Of a DNA stretch of 64,000 nucleotides, positions 39,236-50,017 are shown piece after piece. Both the position numbers and the translations under genes were made by a program. The notes under the pieces are model-generated. The model was not told the origin of the DNA and did no database searches. It worked only from the letters and a program-made list of their open reading frames with translations. The stretch comes from Oceanispirochaeta sp. (GTDB lineage Bacteria; Spirochaetota; Spirochaetia; DSM-2461), in contig CAXXXD010000003.1 in the NCBI GenBank assembly GCA_963663385.2, positions 576,001 to 640,000 on the forward strand, written 5' to 3'. The stretch's first letter is position 1. Each line of letters begins with the position of its first letter.

Positions 39236-40009
39236 ATGATAAAACCACGCTGGATTTTATTTTTGATTCTGGTTATGCGGTTTGCCTGTTTATCGGCTTA
39301 TCCCGAAAGCAACCTGATAACCCTGGCAGCCGATCCGTGGCCTCCTTTTGCCGATCCTGACGCGGAAGGGGAGGGACTGGCCATCCGGATTGTAAGGGCT
39401 GCTTTTGAAAGTCGGGGGTATGAAGTGGAAATGAAGTTTCTACCCTGGGCGAGGGCGATGCAGAGTGTGCAGGAGGGGCTCTTCGATATCATTCCCACAA
39501 TATGGAAAAGCAGGGAACGGGAGGAAAAGTACGATTTCAGCGATCCCTTTCTGATAAACACCATTGTTATTATCAAGAGAGCAGCCGATCAATTCGAGTA
39601 CACCGGATTAAACAGCCTGTCCGGCAAAAAAATCGGTCTTATAAGGGGATACAGTTATGACGAAGAGTTCCTGGCGGCTGCGAACTATCAGAAGGTAACT
39701 GTTTCCTACCTGATACAGAGTCTCTTCCTGTTAACCTCCTACCGGATCGATCTGGCTGTGGAGGATCTTATAGTGGCCAGGATGCTTCTCAACCGGCAGG
39801 AGGAGTCTCTGCGTAACAGCATTACTTTTGTCGACAATCCCCTGAGCCAGAAGCCGCTTCATATTGCGGTAAGTAAAAGTAGCCCCAGGGGCCGGGAGAT
39901 CCTTGATATTTTTAATACCGGTTTGAGGGAGATCAGAAATAATGGCACCTACGATGCTCTGATCCGGGAATACCATATCACTCCGGAATCCATACCCCCC
40001 TTAAAGTAA
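39236..40009 (+). CDS. Family-3 periplasmic substrate-binding protein
   Basis: DPWPPF, PWARA, RGYSY and FNTGL..I..NGTY motifs. Confidence 0.85.
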   Translation: MIKPRWILFLILVMRFACLSAYPESNLITLAADPWPPFADPDAEGEGLAIRIVRAAFESRGYEVEMKFLPWARAMQSVQEGLFDIIPTIWKSREREEKYDFSDPFLINTIVIIKRAADQFEYTGLNSLSGKKIGLIRGYSYDEEFLAAANYQKVTVSYLIQSLFLLTSYRIDLAVEDLIVARMLLNRQEESLRNSITFVDNPLSQKPLHIAVSKSSPRGREILDIFNTGLREIRNNGTYDALIREYHITPESIPPLK

Positions 40010-40013
40010 CAGA

Positions 40014-40688
40014 TTATATTTCTCCCTCTTCCAGAAAGCTGAAATACCCTTTTTTGCTGAAGATAATATGATCCAGCAGAGGAATCCCCAGGATCTCTCC
40101 CGCCTCTTTTAAGCGCCTGGTTATCTCTATGTCCTCGCGGCTGGGTTCCAGGTTTCCCGAGGGGTGATTGTGGGCGACAATTACCGCTGCTGCAAAATCG
40201 GTGATAGGGCCTGTAAATATTTCACGGGGATGGGCTATTGTCCTGTTCACCAGGCCCTGACTGACCTGTCTGGTTTTAATATGCTCATGAGCGCCGTTCA
40301 AACTGATTGAGAAAAAATACTCCTGGGGCCGGTCCGCCATATGGCTCAGGAGAGGATAGATCTCTCCCGGATGGGAGATGCGGATATGATGGGGCAGATA
40401 GTAGCGCCGGGAGAACTCAAGAGCTGCCGCAATCAGGGATGACCTGGCCATTCCCATTCCCTTGATAGTCATTAACTCTTCCAGTGCCGGCATCCCTTCC
40501 GTCTGATCCAGCAGTTTCATAAGATTTCCGGCAATATTCTCAACGGGACAGTTCTTCTGCCCGCTTCCTATCAGGATTTTAAGGAGTTCCTTATCATTCA
40601 GTACGGAAATCCCATACTGATTCGCCTTTTCCCGGGGCAGCAGTTCCCCCCGGGATGTAATGCTGTACTGATTCAGGTCATTCTTCAT
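40014..40688 (-). CDS. radC: RadC family JAB-domain protein
   Basis: PREK, HhH-like GMG, HPREIF, AHNHPSG and LLDHII motifs. Confidence 0.93.
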   Translation of the reverse strand: MKNDLNQYSITSRGELLPREKANQYGISVLNDKELLKILIGSGQKNCPVENIAGNLMKLLDQTEGMPALEELMTIKGMGMARSSLIAAALEFSRRYYLPHHIRISHPGEIYPLLSHMADRPQEYFFSISLNGAHEHIKTRQVSQGLVNRTIAHPREIFTGPITDFAAAVIVAHNHPSGNLEPSREDIEITRRLKEAGEILGIPLLDHIIFSKKGYFSFLEEGEI

Positions 40689-40955
40689 ACAGAGTATGAC
40701 AGGAGTAATATTAGTTATGCTTCAACTTCGGATAAAATTATGATCATAAGGTCTGATATGTAGTTTCAAAGAGGGGTCTATAAGTTTTTCTTGAAAACAG
40801 GATCATCTGATACTTTTTTTACGTCATTCAGAGTGCTTCAGGGGAAATGGTCGAATTTCAGAGTTTATATAAATTAACTCTATTCAAGGTATATAAAATT
40901 CAGTAAATTGGGAATTAACAACAGCTTTGTAATTACATTAGAAGGGAGAAAATCC

Positions 40956-42821
40956 TTGAAGATTCAGTATAAACTATCCATCCCCATAATCGGCATCCTT
41001 CTCTTATTCTTTTTCTGCATCCAGTTCTCTGTTTCCTTTGGATTGAAACGGTACAAAGACTATGTTATCTCGGTTCAGAGAACCGCCCTGCTGGAGGGAT
41101 ACAAACAGGAACTGAAGGGGGAGACGGATATCGCCGTGTCCCTGATACAATCCATCTATCAAATCCCGGATCTCACTGATGAGGAGAAGCTCGAACTGAT
41201 TCGTAAAACGATTCGTCCCCTCCGCTTTGGCAGGGAGGGTTATTTCTACGCCTACAGCGCCGGTAACGGGGTGAATCTGATTCACGGGCAAACTCAAACC
41301 AATGAGGGAAAATCCCTGTGGAACCTGCAGTCTCCTGATAAAACGCAGTATATTATCCGGGAACTTGACGCCATTGCCGCGGAAGGATCCCTGTTTCTGG
41401 AATTCTACTGGTCTAAACCCGGAGAGGACCCTGCCGAGGTTTTCCCGAAGCTGGGAACCGCCATGATGGTTCCCGGTACGGATATCTGGGTGGGAACCGG
41501 TGTGTATATTGATGATATAGATCAGCATATCATGGAGCATATTGCCCCCCTTCAGCAAACGTATAATCAGCTTACCCGTACTCTAATGGGGCTGATGCTG
41601 ATTGTTACGGGTCTGCTCTTCGCAGTAGCGGTTCGTCTTATAAGGGGGGTGGTCTCTCCCATTGTCCATCTAAGCAGGATTGCCCGGGATTCCAATGGAA
41701 CAGATTTCACTGTTATCCCGCAGCTGACCAGAAGGCGTTTCCCCGATGAAGTTTCAATACTGGAAGAGAGTTTTTCTAATCTTCTGGTTCGTTTCACTTC
41801 GGTAATCAGAGGTGTACAGCAGGCGGTACAGGGATCTATTGAATCAAGCAGTTCCATGAATGTCTCCATTAAAGATATCAGTGAATCACTGGCCGATTCC
41901 TGGATGTCCCTTCAGGGAATCGCAGTTGCCGAAAAACAGCTTACTACGGAAGCCGGCGCCAACCTGCGGATCAGTGTCGATTTAAAAGCCTTTCTGGAAG
42001 AGAGTAAAACCCTCGCTTATGAACAGTATAAAAATGTTGATAATTCTGTCCGGTATATAGATGCTATGCAGAATGAGATAAAACAGGTGGATCAGGGAAT
42101 CAATGAGTACCATCAGCTGATCAGTGAACTGGACAGTCGTGCTCACAGAGGTTCAGAAAGTATCAGTACTGCCGTACAGAGTCTGGAAGCGGCGGACAAG
42201 GCCGCGGGAACCATCAATGAAGCTATTTCAATGATCAGCGACCTGACTGAACAGACTAACATTCTGGCTATTAATGCTTCCATCGAGGCGGCCCGGGCCG
42301 GGACCGCGGGTAATGGTTTTGGAGTCGTTGCCAAGGAAATACGAACCCTGGCGGAGAATTCAAGGGGGAATATGGCCATGATCGGGCAGCAGCTTCAGGA
42401 TGTCGCGCAATCTATCAGATCAGGTCGGGAGAGGACGGAAGAGGCGGAAGGAACTTTCAAAGATATTCAGAATTTCTCCAGGGATGTGCTGCTGGGGATT
42501 GAGGGAATTTCAGATCAGAACAGCAGTATCCGCGCCAGAAGTCAGGAGGTGGAGAGTTTGCTTTCCCGGCTGACCGCCGGAGCGGATAAAACAAAGGATT
42601 CTACCCTTCAGGCATTTGAAAAGGTACAAATCCTGGAAGAATCCGCTTCCGAACTGACCCAACTGGCCCGGAATATGAAAGATACCCTGGGACGGGTGGA
42701 AACCGGTTTCGGACTGATTCAAAAGCACTCCTCTGCTATCCTGAATGAATCAGTCTCAAACAATAAGAAGATGGATCTCCTCCAGGACTCTGTATCGCCC
42801 TTCAAAACGGGAGCGATCTGA
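40956..42821 (+). CDS. Methyl-accepting chemotaxis protein with a Cache sensor domain
   Basis: TTG start after GGGAG; LRFG.EGYFYAY...FYWSKPG...[26 protein letters not shown]. Confidence 0.92.
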   Translation: MKIQYKLSIPIIGILLLFFFCIQFSVSFGLKRYKDYVISVQRTALLEGYKQELKGETDIAVSLIQSIYQIPDLTDEEKLELIRKTIRPLRFGREGYFYAYSAGNGVNLIHGQTQTNEGKSLWNLQSPDKTQYIIRELDAIAAEGSLFLEFYWSKPGEDPAEVFPKLGTAMMVPGTDIWVGTGVYIDDIDQHIMEHIAPLQQTYNQLTRTLMGLMLIVTGLLFAVAVRLIRGVVSPIVHLSRIARDSNGTDFTVIPQLTRRRFPDEVSILEESFSNLLVRFTSVIRGVQQAVQGSIESSSSMNVSIKDISESLADSWMSLQGIAVAEKQLTTEAGANLRISVDLKAFLEESKTLAYEQYKNVDNSVRYIDAMQNEIKQVDQGINEYHQLISELDSRAHRGSESISTAVQSLEAADKAAGTINEAISMISDLTEQTNILAINASIEAARAGTAGNGFGVVAKEIRTLAENSRGNMAMIGQQLQDVAQSIRSGRERTEEAEGTFKDIQNFSRDVLLGIEGISDQNSSIRARSQEVESLLSRLTAGADKTKDSTLQAFEKVQILEESASELTQLARNMKDTLGRVETGFGLIQKHSSAILNESVSNNKKMDLLQDSVSPFKTGAI

Positions 42822-42827
42822 TCCTTC

Positions 42828-44063
42828 CTAGATTAAAGTGGCAAAGTAATCTTCAGCTGTTTCCGCCCGGCGGATCAGCCTGCTGCTGCCGTCTTCCCTG
42901 AGCAGAATCTCCGCACTTCTTAATTTTCCGTTATAGTTGTAGCCCATGGAAAACCCGTGGGCTCCCGTATCATGGATATAGATCAGGTCCCCCCTGTCTA
43001 TGGGGGGAAGTTTCCTGTCTATGGCAAATTTGTCGTTGTTTTCGCAAAGACCGCCTGTTACATCGTAGAGCTGATCTCTTTCTGATTCCTCTTTTCCCAT
43101 AACCGTAATATGGTGATAGGCTCCGTACATGGCCGGTCTCATCAGATTGGCAGCGCAGGCATCCACGCCGATATAGTGTTTGTGTATCTTTTTTTCATGT
43201 ACGGCTGTTGTGATCAGGGCCCCGAAGGGGCCGAGCATAAATCGTCCCAGCTCCGTATAAAGGGCAACGTCTCCAAAGCCTGTTTCTATCAGAATTTCCT
43301 GATAGTGCCTTTTTATGATATTCCCCATTTCAAAAATATCGATCCCCTTCTCGTCGGGTAAATAGGGGATACCGATGCCTCCCGACAGGTTGATAAAGCA
43401 CACTTTTATTCCTGTATCCCTCTCCAGATCGATGGCTGTTTCAAACATCATCCTTGCCAGGGCGGGGTAGTAAACGGTATTCAATGTATTACTGGCAAGA
43501 AAGGCATGGAGACCGAACTGTCTGACACCTTTGGTTTTCAGTATTTTAAAGCCTTCCACCAGCTGTTCGTAGGTAAAACCGTATTTGGCATCCGAAGGGC
43601 TGTCCATTATATCATTGCTGCTGGTAAAGGAATTCCCGGGGTTGTAGCGGCAGCAGATTCTTTCGGGTATTCCCGCCGTCTGTTCCAGAAAGTCTATATG
43701 GGTAATGTCATCCAGGTTTATTGTCGCTCCCAGTTTGCCGGCATACTGATAATCCCCGGCCGGAGTCACATTGGATGAGAACATAATATCATTGCCGGAG
43801 AAGCCGGACCTTTCGGACAGAAGCAGTTCTGTATAGGAGGAACAATCCATTCCGCATCCCTCTTCTTTCAGTATCTTCATGATTTCCGGATTGGGTGTGG
43901 CCTTTACCGCAAAGTACTCTCTGAATCCCCTGTTCCAGGAAAAAGCTTTATGCAGTTCTCTGGCATTTTCCCGGATGCCCTTTTCATCATAAAGATGGAA
44001 GGGGGTCGGGTGGGTCTCTACAATTCTCTCCAGCTGCATCTTTGTCAGGAATGTTTCTTTCAT
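42828..44063 (-). CDS. lysA: Diaminopimelate decarboxylase
   Basis: FAVKA (PLP lysine), KYG, NLSGG, ELGR, LCENND and GAHGFSMGYNYN motifs. Confidence 0.92.
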   Translation of the reverse strand: MKETFLTKMQLERIVETHPTPFHLYDEKGIRENARELHKAFSWNRGFREYFAVKATPNPEIMKILKEEGCGMDCSSYTELLLSERSGFSGNDIMFSSNVTPAGDYQYAGKLGATINLDDITHIDFLEQTAGIPERICCRYNPGNSFTSSNDIMDSPSDAKYGFTYEQLVEGFKILKTKGVRQFGLHAFLASNTLNTVYYPALARMMFETAIDLERDTGIKVCFINLSGGIGIPYLPDEKGIDIFEMGNIIKRHYQEILIETGFGDVALYTELGRFMLGPFGALITTAVHEKKIHKHYIGVDACAANLMRPAMYGAYHHITVMGKEESERDQLYDVTGGLCENNDKFAIDRKLPPIDRGDLIYIHDTGAHGFSMGYNYNGKLRSAEILLREDGSSRLIRRAETAEDYFATLI

Positions 44064-44756
44064 CTATTTTTCTCCTTTTATTCTGATCAGTTCAATTTCA
44101 TTGGTAAGAGACTCCTTCAGGAGTTCCACCAGGTTTTTTTTGGTCGAATAAAGGCAGGTGGAGGCGGCGTCCCTGATATCACCGGTAATTACCTCGCGGG
44201 AGTCGGCTATCAGGCGTATCTCATCCATCCGTTTTTCTGTTCTGTAGATGGTTGCCCCTGTCAGTTCCACTGCCGTATTTGTAATGATGACAACCTTTAA
44301 ACCTCTCCGGATCGCTTCATTCAGGTATTCTTCAAGTTCATTCAGAACCGTTTGATGCATGGAGAGATAGATCCTTTTCCCGGCTTTAAGGATTGTATTA
44401 ACCATCTGATCAAAAATGTTATTCCTGCCCTGAATCGTTATATATCCCTGATACCTGTCCTTCCGGTCCGGCATTTCCCTGAAGATTTTCCGGGCTGTTT
44501 TCTCCATCCTCCGTATCCGGTTTGAACAGAGATCCTGAACGGGAACCGGAGAGTACAGCTTTTTCTCTCCTTCGATGAGGTTGGCAGCCCCTTTATCCGT
44601 AAGAGAGGCCAGGGCCGTGTAGGCATTTGAACGGGAAATACCGGTTAGTTTTGATACTTCGTAGCCTGTGAGGGCTCCCTCTGTGTTGAGGGTTACATAT
44701 ATGGCCGCTTCCTGATTGGTTAAGCCGAATTCCGTCAGTCCTTCGATCAGATTCAT
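44064..44756 (-). CDS. TrmB family transcriptional regulator
   Basis: GGAG RBS before ATG 44756; GLT..EA..Y..L...TGYEVSK.TGISRSNAY wHTH; abuts lysA. Confidence 0.88.
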   Translation of the reverse strand: MNLIEGLTEFGLTNQEAAIYVTLNTEGALTGYEVSKLTGISRSNAYTALASLTDKGAANLIEGEKKLYSPVPVQDLCSNRIRRMEKTARKIFREMPDRKDRYQGYITIQGRNNIFDQMVNTILKAGKRIYLSMHQTVLNELEEYLNEAIRRGLKVVIITNTAVELTGATIYRTEKRMDEIRLIADSREVITGDIRDAASTCLYSTKKNLVELLKESLTNEIELIRIKGEK

Positions 44757-44770
44757 ACAGTATCTCCGTT

Positions 44771-44822
44771 TTATAGTGTTCCTGAATAGGAACACTATAA
44801 GAAAAGCATGGAAATCTGTCAA
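44771..44822 (-). promoter_or_regulatory. Sigma70 promoter of trmB-lysA overlapped by a perfect 13-4-13 inverted repeat (probable operator)
   Basis: TTGACA (44817-44822), 17-bp spacer, TATAGT (44794-44799) on the minus strand; IR ttatagtgttcct-gaat-aggaacactataa at 44771-44800. Confidence 0.75.
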
Positions 44823-44879
44823 TGTTAAAGAAAAAGAATTCTTTATAAATAATTCCGGAATATAATCGTCTTTATAGGT

Positions 44880-45431
44880 ATGAGTGGGGCAGTAACAAGA
44901 CTATTACAGAAGGAAGAAAGGCGCTTATTGAGCCTGTTTCTCAGAAAAACAGGAGATCCACAGGAATCCCGGGACCTTCTGCAGGATCTGTATGAGTCTG
45001 TTCTCGGCAGTCTGGACAGTTTTTCCGTTGCAGAGGATCAGGCTGCCTGGCTGTTCCGGGCTGCTCACAATAAAGTAACCGACTGGTACAGAAAAAAAAG
45101 CCGCAGAAAGGAAACCAGCCTCAATGAAACGGTTGCAGAGGATACCGCTCTGGTTGACATGCTGGTAGATCCCTATATGGATCTTGAGAACCGTTTTTTC
45201 CGGGACGGACTGCTGGAAGCCCTCGATCTGGCCATAGAGGCGCTGCCCTGTAAGCTGCAGGCGGTTATTGTGGAACAGTCACTGAACGGCCGTACTTTCA
45301 GGGAACTGGCTGAGGAGTGGGATATTCCGCAAGGGACCCTTCTGTCCCGGAAAAGAGAAGCTGTACGCTTATTGAAGGACGCATTGGAAGAATTTACGGA
45401 TGTCTGGAATGATATAAAAAGGGAATTATAG
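44880..45431 (+). CDS. ECF RNA polymerase sigma factor
   Basis: Region 2 DLLQD...WLFRAAHNKVTDWYRK; region 4 HTH TFRELAEEWDIPQGTLLSRK. Confidence 0.9.
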   Translation: MSGAVTRLLQKEERRLLSLFLRKTGDPQESRDLLQDLYESVLGSLDSFSVAEDQAAWLFRAAHNKVTDWYRKKSRRKETSLNETVAEDTALVDMLVDPYMDLENRFFRDGLLEALDLAIEALPCKLQAVIVEQSLNGRTFRELAEEWDIPQGTLLSRKREAVRLLKDALEEFTDVWNDIKREL

Positions 45432-45442
45432 GAGAAACAGGT

Positions 45443-45868
45443 ATGAAAGAGAAAAATATAGGAAGAATCGGATTTATCGGAAGAGGAATCCTGTTCGGAT
45501 TGGGCGCTCTGGTTTTTGCAGCGGCTTTCGCCCTGGTTTTCGGCTGGGTACTGATGCTTTTATGGAACTGGCTTATGCCGGCTCTGTTTAATCTGCCGGT
45601 TATTACCTACTGGCAGGGATGGGGGCTTATCCTGATCTGCCACCTTCTGTTTAAAGGCGGCGGGCATGGAGGGCCGCAGGAACATATCCGCAGCAGAAGA
45701 GACAGATGGGGAGACTCCTGCTATAAACCGCATTTTAATAATCCCGGTGATATGGATGATTTCAGGAAAGAATTCAGGAGCCGTTTGAGAAATCACTGGC
45801 GCGATAACCGGTTCGAGGGGAGTCCTGAAAAACCTATGGATGATAACCGGAAGGATGAGAAGGACTGA
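45443..45868 (+). CDS. Membrane protein co-transcribed with the ECF sigma
   Basis: VLMLLWNWLMP.LF.LP.ITYWQ.WGL motif and a charged C-terminal tail. Confidence 0.75.
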   Translation: MKEKNIGRIGFIGRGILFGLGALVFAAAFALVFGWVLMLLWNWLMPALFNLPVITYWQGWGLILICHLLFKGGGHGGPQEHIRSRRDRWGDSCYKPHFNNPGDMDDFRKEFRSRLRNHWRDNRFEGSPEKPMDDNRKDEKD

Positions 45869-45870
45869 TT

Positions 45871-46764
45871 TCAGTTAAAAAACAGGCCTATTCTCCTCCC
45901 CCCGAGAGGGAGGAGGAAGGTTATCCAGAAACCTATTATCCCATACCGGAGCATGTGGAAGAGAAAGTAGTCCGGAAACAGCAGCTTTAATCCTCCCTGA
46001 ATCAGAATAATTCCCGTATACCCCAGGATTATACGAACGGCTTTCCGGGAGATGGAACCTTTGGCTGCATCAAAATCGAATATCCTGACTTCCAGAACAA
46101 ACCCTCCGAAAGTACCCAGCAACAGACCGGAGTTTTTAAAGAAATCCTGGATTTTTACACTTCCTTTGTACTGGAACAGTTCTATCAGGGTCATAAAAAT
46201 AACAGTAGAAGCAACAATTGACAGGCATGTAATCATCAGTCCCTGCAATTTCGCCTTATTATCCCATTTTTTATTTATTACTCCCGTTAGAAACCAGGCA
46301 AGACCAATCCCGAGCACCCAGCCCGCCAGAACATCTTTCGGCCAGTGGACGCCAAGGTAAACACGGGATACTCCTACAAGAATTATGGCCAGTGTACAGA
46401 AAATACGGATGACCCTTTTTTTAAAGAGGAGGAAAACTGAGGTATAAAAAGAAGCCGCCCCCTGGGTATGGCCGCTGGGAAAGGAGTAGCCCGTAGCCGT
46501 TTCAAGGCGTTTACCCTGAAGTCCCGGCATTGCTTCGAAGGGTCGGGGAGCCTTAATGGCAATCTTGATCAGTGAATTAAAAAAGGTTGAAACCGATAGG
46601 GCAAAGGTTATGCATATGCCTGCCCTTTTTGAAATCCCCCAGAAAAAAAGAGTGATGATCAGAATATAAATACCCGGTTCTCCCAGCATTGTTAAGGCTT
46701 CCGCTATATGGTCCAGCAACGGGGTTTCATGGGACTGGAAGAAAATCAAAATATCAGTCTGCAT
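45871..46764 (-). CDS. PAP2 family phosphatase
   Basis: K..IKAPRP, SFPSGH and SRVYLGVHW..D motifs. Confidence 0.93.
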   Translation of the reverse strand: MQTDILIFFQSHETPLLDHIAEALTMLGEPGIYILIITLFFWGISKRAGICITFALSVSTFFNSLIKIAIKAPRPFEAMPGLQGKRLETATGYSFPSGHTQGAASFYTSVFLLFKKRVIRIFCTLAIILVGVSRVYLGVHWPKDVLAGWVLGIGLAWFLTGVINKKWDNKAKLQGLMITCLSIVASTVIFMTLIELFQYKGSVKIQDFFKNSGLLLGTFGGFVLEVRIFDFDAAKGSISRKAVRIILGYTGIILIQGGLKLLFPDYFLFHMLRYGIIGFWITFLLPLGGRRIGLFFN

Positions 46765-46886
46765 GGTTTACGTCTTTCTCCTGAGAATCAGTCATAAACA
46801 TAAAGGCAGGAGCCCTTCCTGTCAAATAAAGGTATCCGATTGCAGAAAAAAGGGGACTCCTTCCGGAAAGAGGAATACAATGGTTT

Positions 46887-48200
46887 ATGAAATCCCCGTA
46901 TTATCTGATATTACTGATCAGTATGACTTCCTGTGCTTCCCTGTACAGGGATACGCCTGTTAATCCGGAACCTGCCGGCGAAATCTCCTCCGTCAGAGGA
47001 TACAGGTTGAATCAGGACGGACTGGTTCTGTCTCTTCATCAGGATTCCTACCCGGAGAAGGCATGTTTCCTCTGGAGAGTTCCGGGATTCACGGTCCATT
47101 GCGAGGAGGAGAAGCTGCCTCTTTTGAAGAATCTTTTCAAGGACTGGTACAGAGGAGGGGCAAACTGGTATATGCGGGATTCAAACAGTGTGTTTGTCCG
47201 CTTCGGTGAAAATCCGGAAACCGATAAGCCTTACCTGTTCCCCGGAATAGGCCATGACGAACTGATCAGGCTGACAGAGGAAAAGGGCGTGATCTTCTGG
47301 ATGAGTTATCCCTCTCTATTCTGGATTTCTGCTCGGGATGCAGAGGCTCTTTCACAGGCCTGTGAGAATAATGAAACTCTGAAGATTTTGGTAAAGCGAG
47401 TGGCCTGTAATCGTTATGATAAAAACAGCTGGTATAATGCCGCCGGGTACCCTCTCGATTTTGATTTCACGGAGTATGGCATTCAAAAAAAGCAGTACGG
47501 CCGCAGGCAGCGGGAAATACCGGAGGCCGGGAAATCCTTCTTTTCTTTTCCGGAGATTCAGCCTCCCTCCTATTATCTGAACGCGGGCCCCCGCTCAAAG
47601 CTGGATGAATCCTATGCTGTCCGGATAAGGGATGAGCTGTCTCAATGCCCTCATACGGCGGAAGGGCTTATTCGGATTATGCACTGGGTAAATGAAAATT
47701 TTCAAAGCGGTCTGCTGGGGGATGACAGGATTACTGTCAATGATTTTTTTAAATACCGCATGATTCAGGGCTGCCGGACGAATGCTCTCGTTCTGGCTGC
47801 CGTATTACGTGCTCTGGATATTCCGGCTGCCCATATTTCCACGGTGGACCTGCCGACAGCCCGGCAGACAGAAGCAGGCGAGAGTATAGCCAGCGGGCAT
47901 GATATGGTGGAAGCCTATATAGGAGGACGATGGTATCTCCTTGACGGGTCAGGAAGAGTCTCTGAAAGTTATAATCCGTTAAACCCCTATATCATCCGTT
48001 TGGAATCAGAAAACGGGGCGGCCGGGATATCGGAAGGATTTGTTATTGCCCGGGGGCTGGATAACTGGGATTACGGGTATTTTGAGGAAGGGGACTACAG
48101 GGCGCAGTGTTCCCTTTTTCTCCAGGCTCTCAGAGGAGGGGAGCTGGACTCGTTCCTGGTCTCTCCCTCCCTGGTGGTTATGGTTCCGGGAGGGGATTAA
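46887..48200 (+). CDS. Lipoprotein with a C-terminal transglutaminase-like domain
   Basis: Lipobox MTSC; GCRTNALVLAAVLRALDIPA and GHDMVEAYIGGRWYLLD give a Cys-His-Asp triad. Confidence 0.8.
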   Translation: MKSPYYLILLISMTSCASLYRDTPVNPEPAGEISSVRGYRLNQDGLVLSLHQDSYPEKACFLWRVPGFTVHCEEEKLPLLKNLFKDWYRGGANWYMRDSNSVFVRFGENPETDKPYLFPGIGHDELIRLTEEKGVIFWMSYPSLFWISARDAEALSQACENNETLKILVKRVACNRYDKNSWYNAAGYPLDFDFTEYGIQKKQYGRRQREIPEAGKSFFSFPEIQPPSYYLNAGPRSKLDESYAVRIRDELSQCPHTAEGLIRIMHWVNENFQSGLLGDDRITVNDFFKYRMIQGCRTNALVLAAVLRALDIPAAHISTVDLPTARQTEAGESIASGHDMVEAYIGGRWYLLDGSGRVSESYNPLNPYIIRLESENGAAGISEGFVIARGLDNWDYGYFEEGDYRAQCSLFLQALRGGELDSFLVSPSLVVMVPGGD

Positions 48201-48284
48201 TCAGTTCCGGGACAAGAACGTATCTCCCTTATAAATTATTCCGGGAGGACGGTGATCACTCTCAATACTGGTTAAATTGACAGA

Positions 48285-49958
48285 GTGACAGGAATGCTGA
48301 TAGCATGCCGTATGAAAAAGAAATGCCCGATCAGCTTTACTTCTTCCGCTGAACATCTACTCTTTCTGCTTGTACTGGCTGCTTTGTTATGCCTGTACGG
48401 GTTTACTTTCAGCCACAAGCTGGTTTCTCCTCCTTCCGAATCCATCAGCCGGGAGATTCTGCTGGACAGGCTGGAATACGGCTTTTCAAAAATCAATAAC
48501 ACGCATATACAGGTCCTCTCCGATCCTGACGGCAGGGGTGCCTGGGTGCTGGGGGTAGACGGTGAGAAAACCCGTCTGTTCCTGGTGGATATCAGGGGAG
48601 AAATCCTGAAGGATTTTATTCTGAACCTTGATCTCTCCCAGGCATCTGATCTAAAAGCCCATATGACAGAAAAGGGGTATATCAGCCTCTATTACAAACA
48701 CCGTTCTCTTAACGGTATAATAATAAATCCGGAGGGGCAGATCGTGGCCGAGGGTATTCCGGCAGAGAAGATCACCGGTTTTTCATCCCTGGGAGATTAT
48801 CTGGTATTCTGCAACAGCGAAGGGCTTTGGGGAATCCCGTTTTATGAGGGGAATGTCCATCCGGAACCGGCTCAGCTTACAGAGGAAAGGAGCGATTCCT
48901 TCAGTTTATGCAGCGACGGGGAGGGGCAGTGCCTTCTGTATTCTGTAAAGGACGGTGATTCTGTTTCGCCCCTTGTCTATGTCGACAGCAGGGATAACTT
49001 TATAACATTTGAGACCATTCCCGTTCATCCCGAAGGAGAAAGGAAATACTTCAGCAGGATTGTCGACACCTATGTTGACGGTAATATTTTATACGCCCTG
49101 TGCCTCTACCGGGATGAACGATTCAAGATAAATTATATATCCCTTCTGCGAATAGACAGGGATAATGGTGAGATCCTGCAGAATACCAGGATGCCCTTTC
49201 CCTGCCTGAAGAGCCGTTATGAAATTACAGACGCCTGTGAGGGACAGGTACAGTTCATTCACCAGATAAGCGACCGGAACGGGATCAACCTGGGGCTGAC
49301 CACAGTATCCGAAAAAGGAGCTGTTCATACCGATCCCTGTACTAAAACCCGATCCATGAGTAAGCTGGGCGGATTTTTTACATCGGGGGAGTATGCCGGG
49401 ATTATCTTCTCCGATATTGATTATGATAAAAGAACCCTGCTGTTTGCATCGGGGGATCCGGATCTGATCCGTTCCACCACCAGTCTGCAGAGCATAGGGT
49501 TCTGGTACCCCTTTGGCACGACTCTGCTCCTTTATCTGGTATCACTGATAGTCGGAGCACTCCAGCTCCTTGTTATCATTCCTGTTCCTGTCAGCCTGTC
49601 CCTGTTGATGGACCGTCTGATGAACAGGGGGAGGAATAAAAATCAGATTTTCCCTTTAGCCGGGCTATTTGTGCTGCAGGCGAGCCTGAAACTGCTGGTC
49701 TCCTATAATCTCATTCATGTTTACGGCCTGTTTTATTTCCATCCTCCGGTTATCGGTGAGGAACCTTTTATATATTTTGCGATTCTGCTGAGCACCTTTT
49801 TTTCTCTCTGGCTTACCGTGAGGGCTAATAAGAATCATAATTTTGACCACTCCTCCTATCTGGATTTCTATATCCGTTTTGCCGTTTACGATTATCTGCA
49901 GTATACGGCGCTGATCCTGATCTATATTGCCAGCTCTGTTCTAAGCGGGAAAATCTGA
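48285..49958 (+). CDS. Hypothetical membrane protein (N-terminal TM, large beta-rich extracytoplasmic domain, about 5 C-terminal TMs)
   Basis: Long ORF with a clear hydropathy pattern; the start may be 48312. Confidence 0.65.
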   Translation: MTGMLIACRMKKKCPISFTSSAEHLLFLLVLAALLCLYGFTFSHKLVSPPSESISREILLDRLEYGFSKINNTHIQVLSDPDGRGAWVLGVDGEKTRLFLVDIRGEILKDFILNLDLSQASDLKAHMTEKGYISLYYKHRSLNGIIINPEGQIVAEGIPAEKITGFSSLGDYLVFCNSEGLWGIPFYEGNVHPEPAQLTEERSDSFSLCSDGEGQCLLYSVKDGDSVSPLVYVDSRDNFITFETIPVHPEGERKYFSRIVDTYVDGNILYALCLYRDERFKINYISLLRIDRDNGEILQNTRMPFPCLKSRYEITDACEGQVQFIHQISDRNGINLGLTTVSEKGAVHTDPCTKTRSMSKLGGFFTSGEYAGIIFSDIDYDKRTLLFASGDPDLIRSTTSLQSIGFWYPFGTTLLLYLVSLIVGALQLLVIIPVPVSLSLLMDRLMNRGRNKNQIFPLAGLFVLQASLKLLVSYNLIHVYGLFYFHPPVIGEEPFIYFAILLSTFFSLWLTVRANKNHNFDHSSYLDFYIRFAVYDYLQYTALILIYIASSVLSGKI

Positions 49959-50017
49959 TTTTCTGCCGGGAGGAAACTCTGGATGGAAACAGGGGAATCT
50001 GTTAAACTCCCGGTGTT

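Noticed and set aside
40014..40688. radC as a mobile-element marker
   Set aside because: Full-length chromosomal-type RadC with no integrase, transfer genes or compositional shift around it.
40738..40749. Palindrome TTATGATCATAA between radC and the MCP
   Set aside because: Only 12 bp in AT-rich DNA and single copy; could be chance.
48184..48250. Short direct repeats of TTCCGGGA
   Set aside because: CCGG/TCCGG words are very common throughout this window; no regular spacing.
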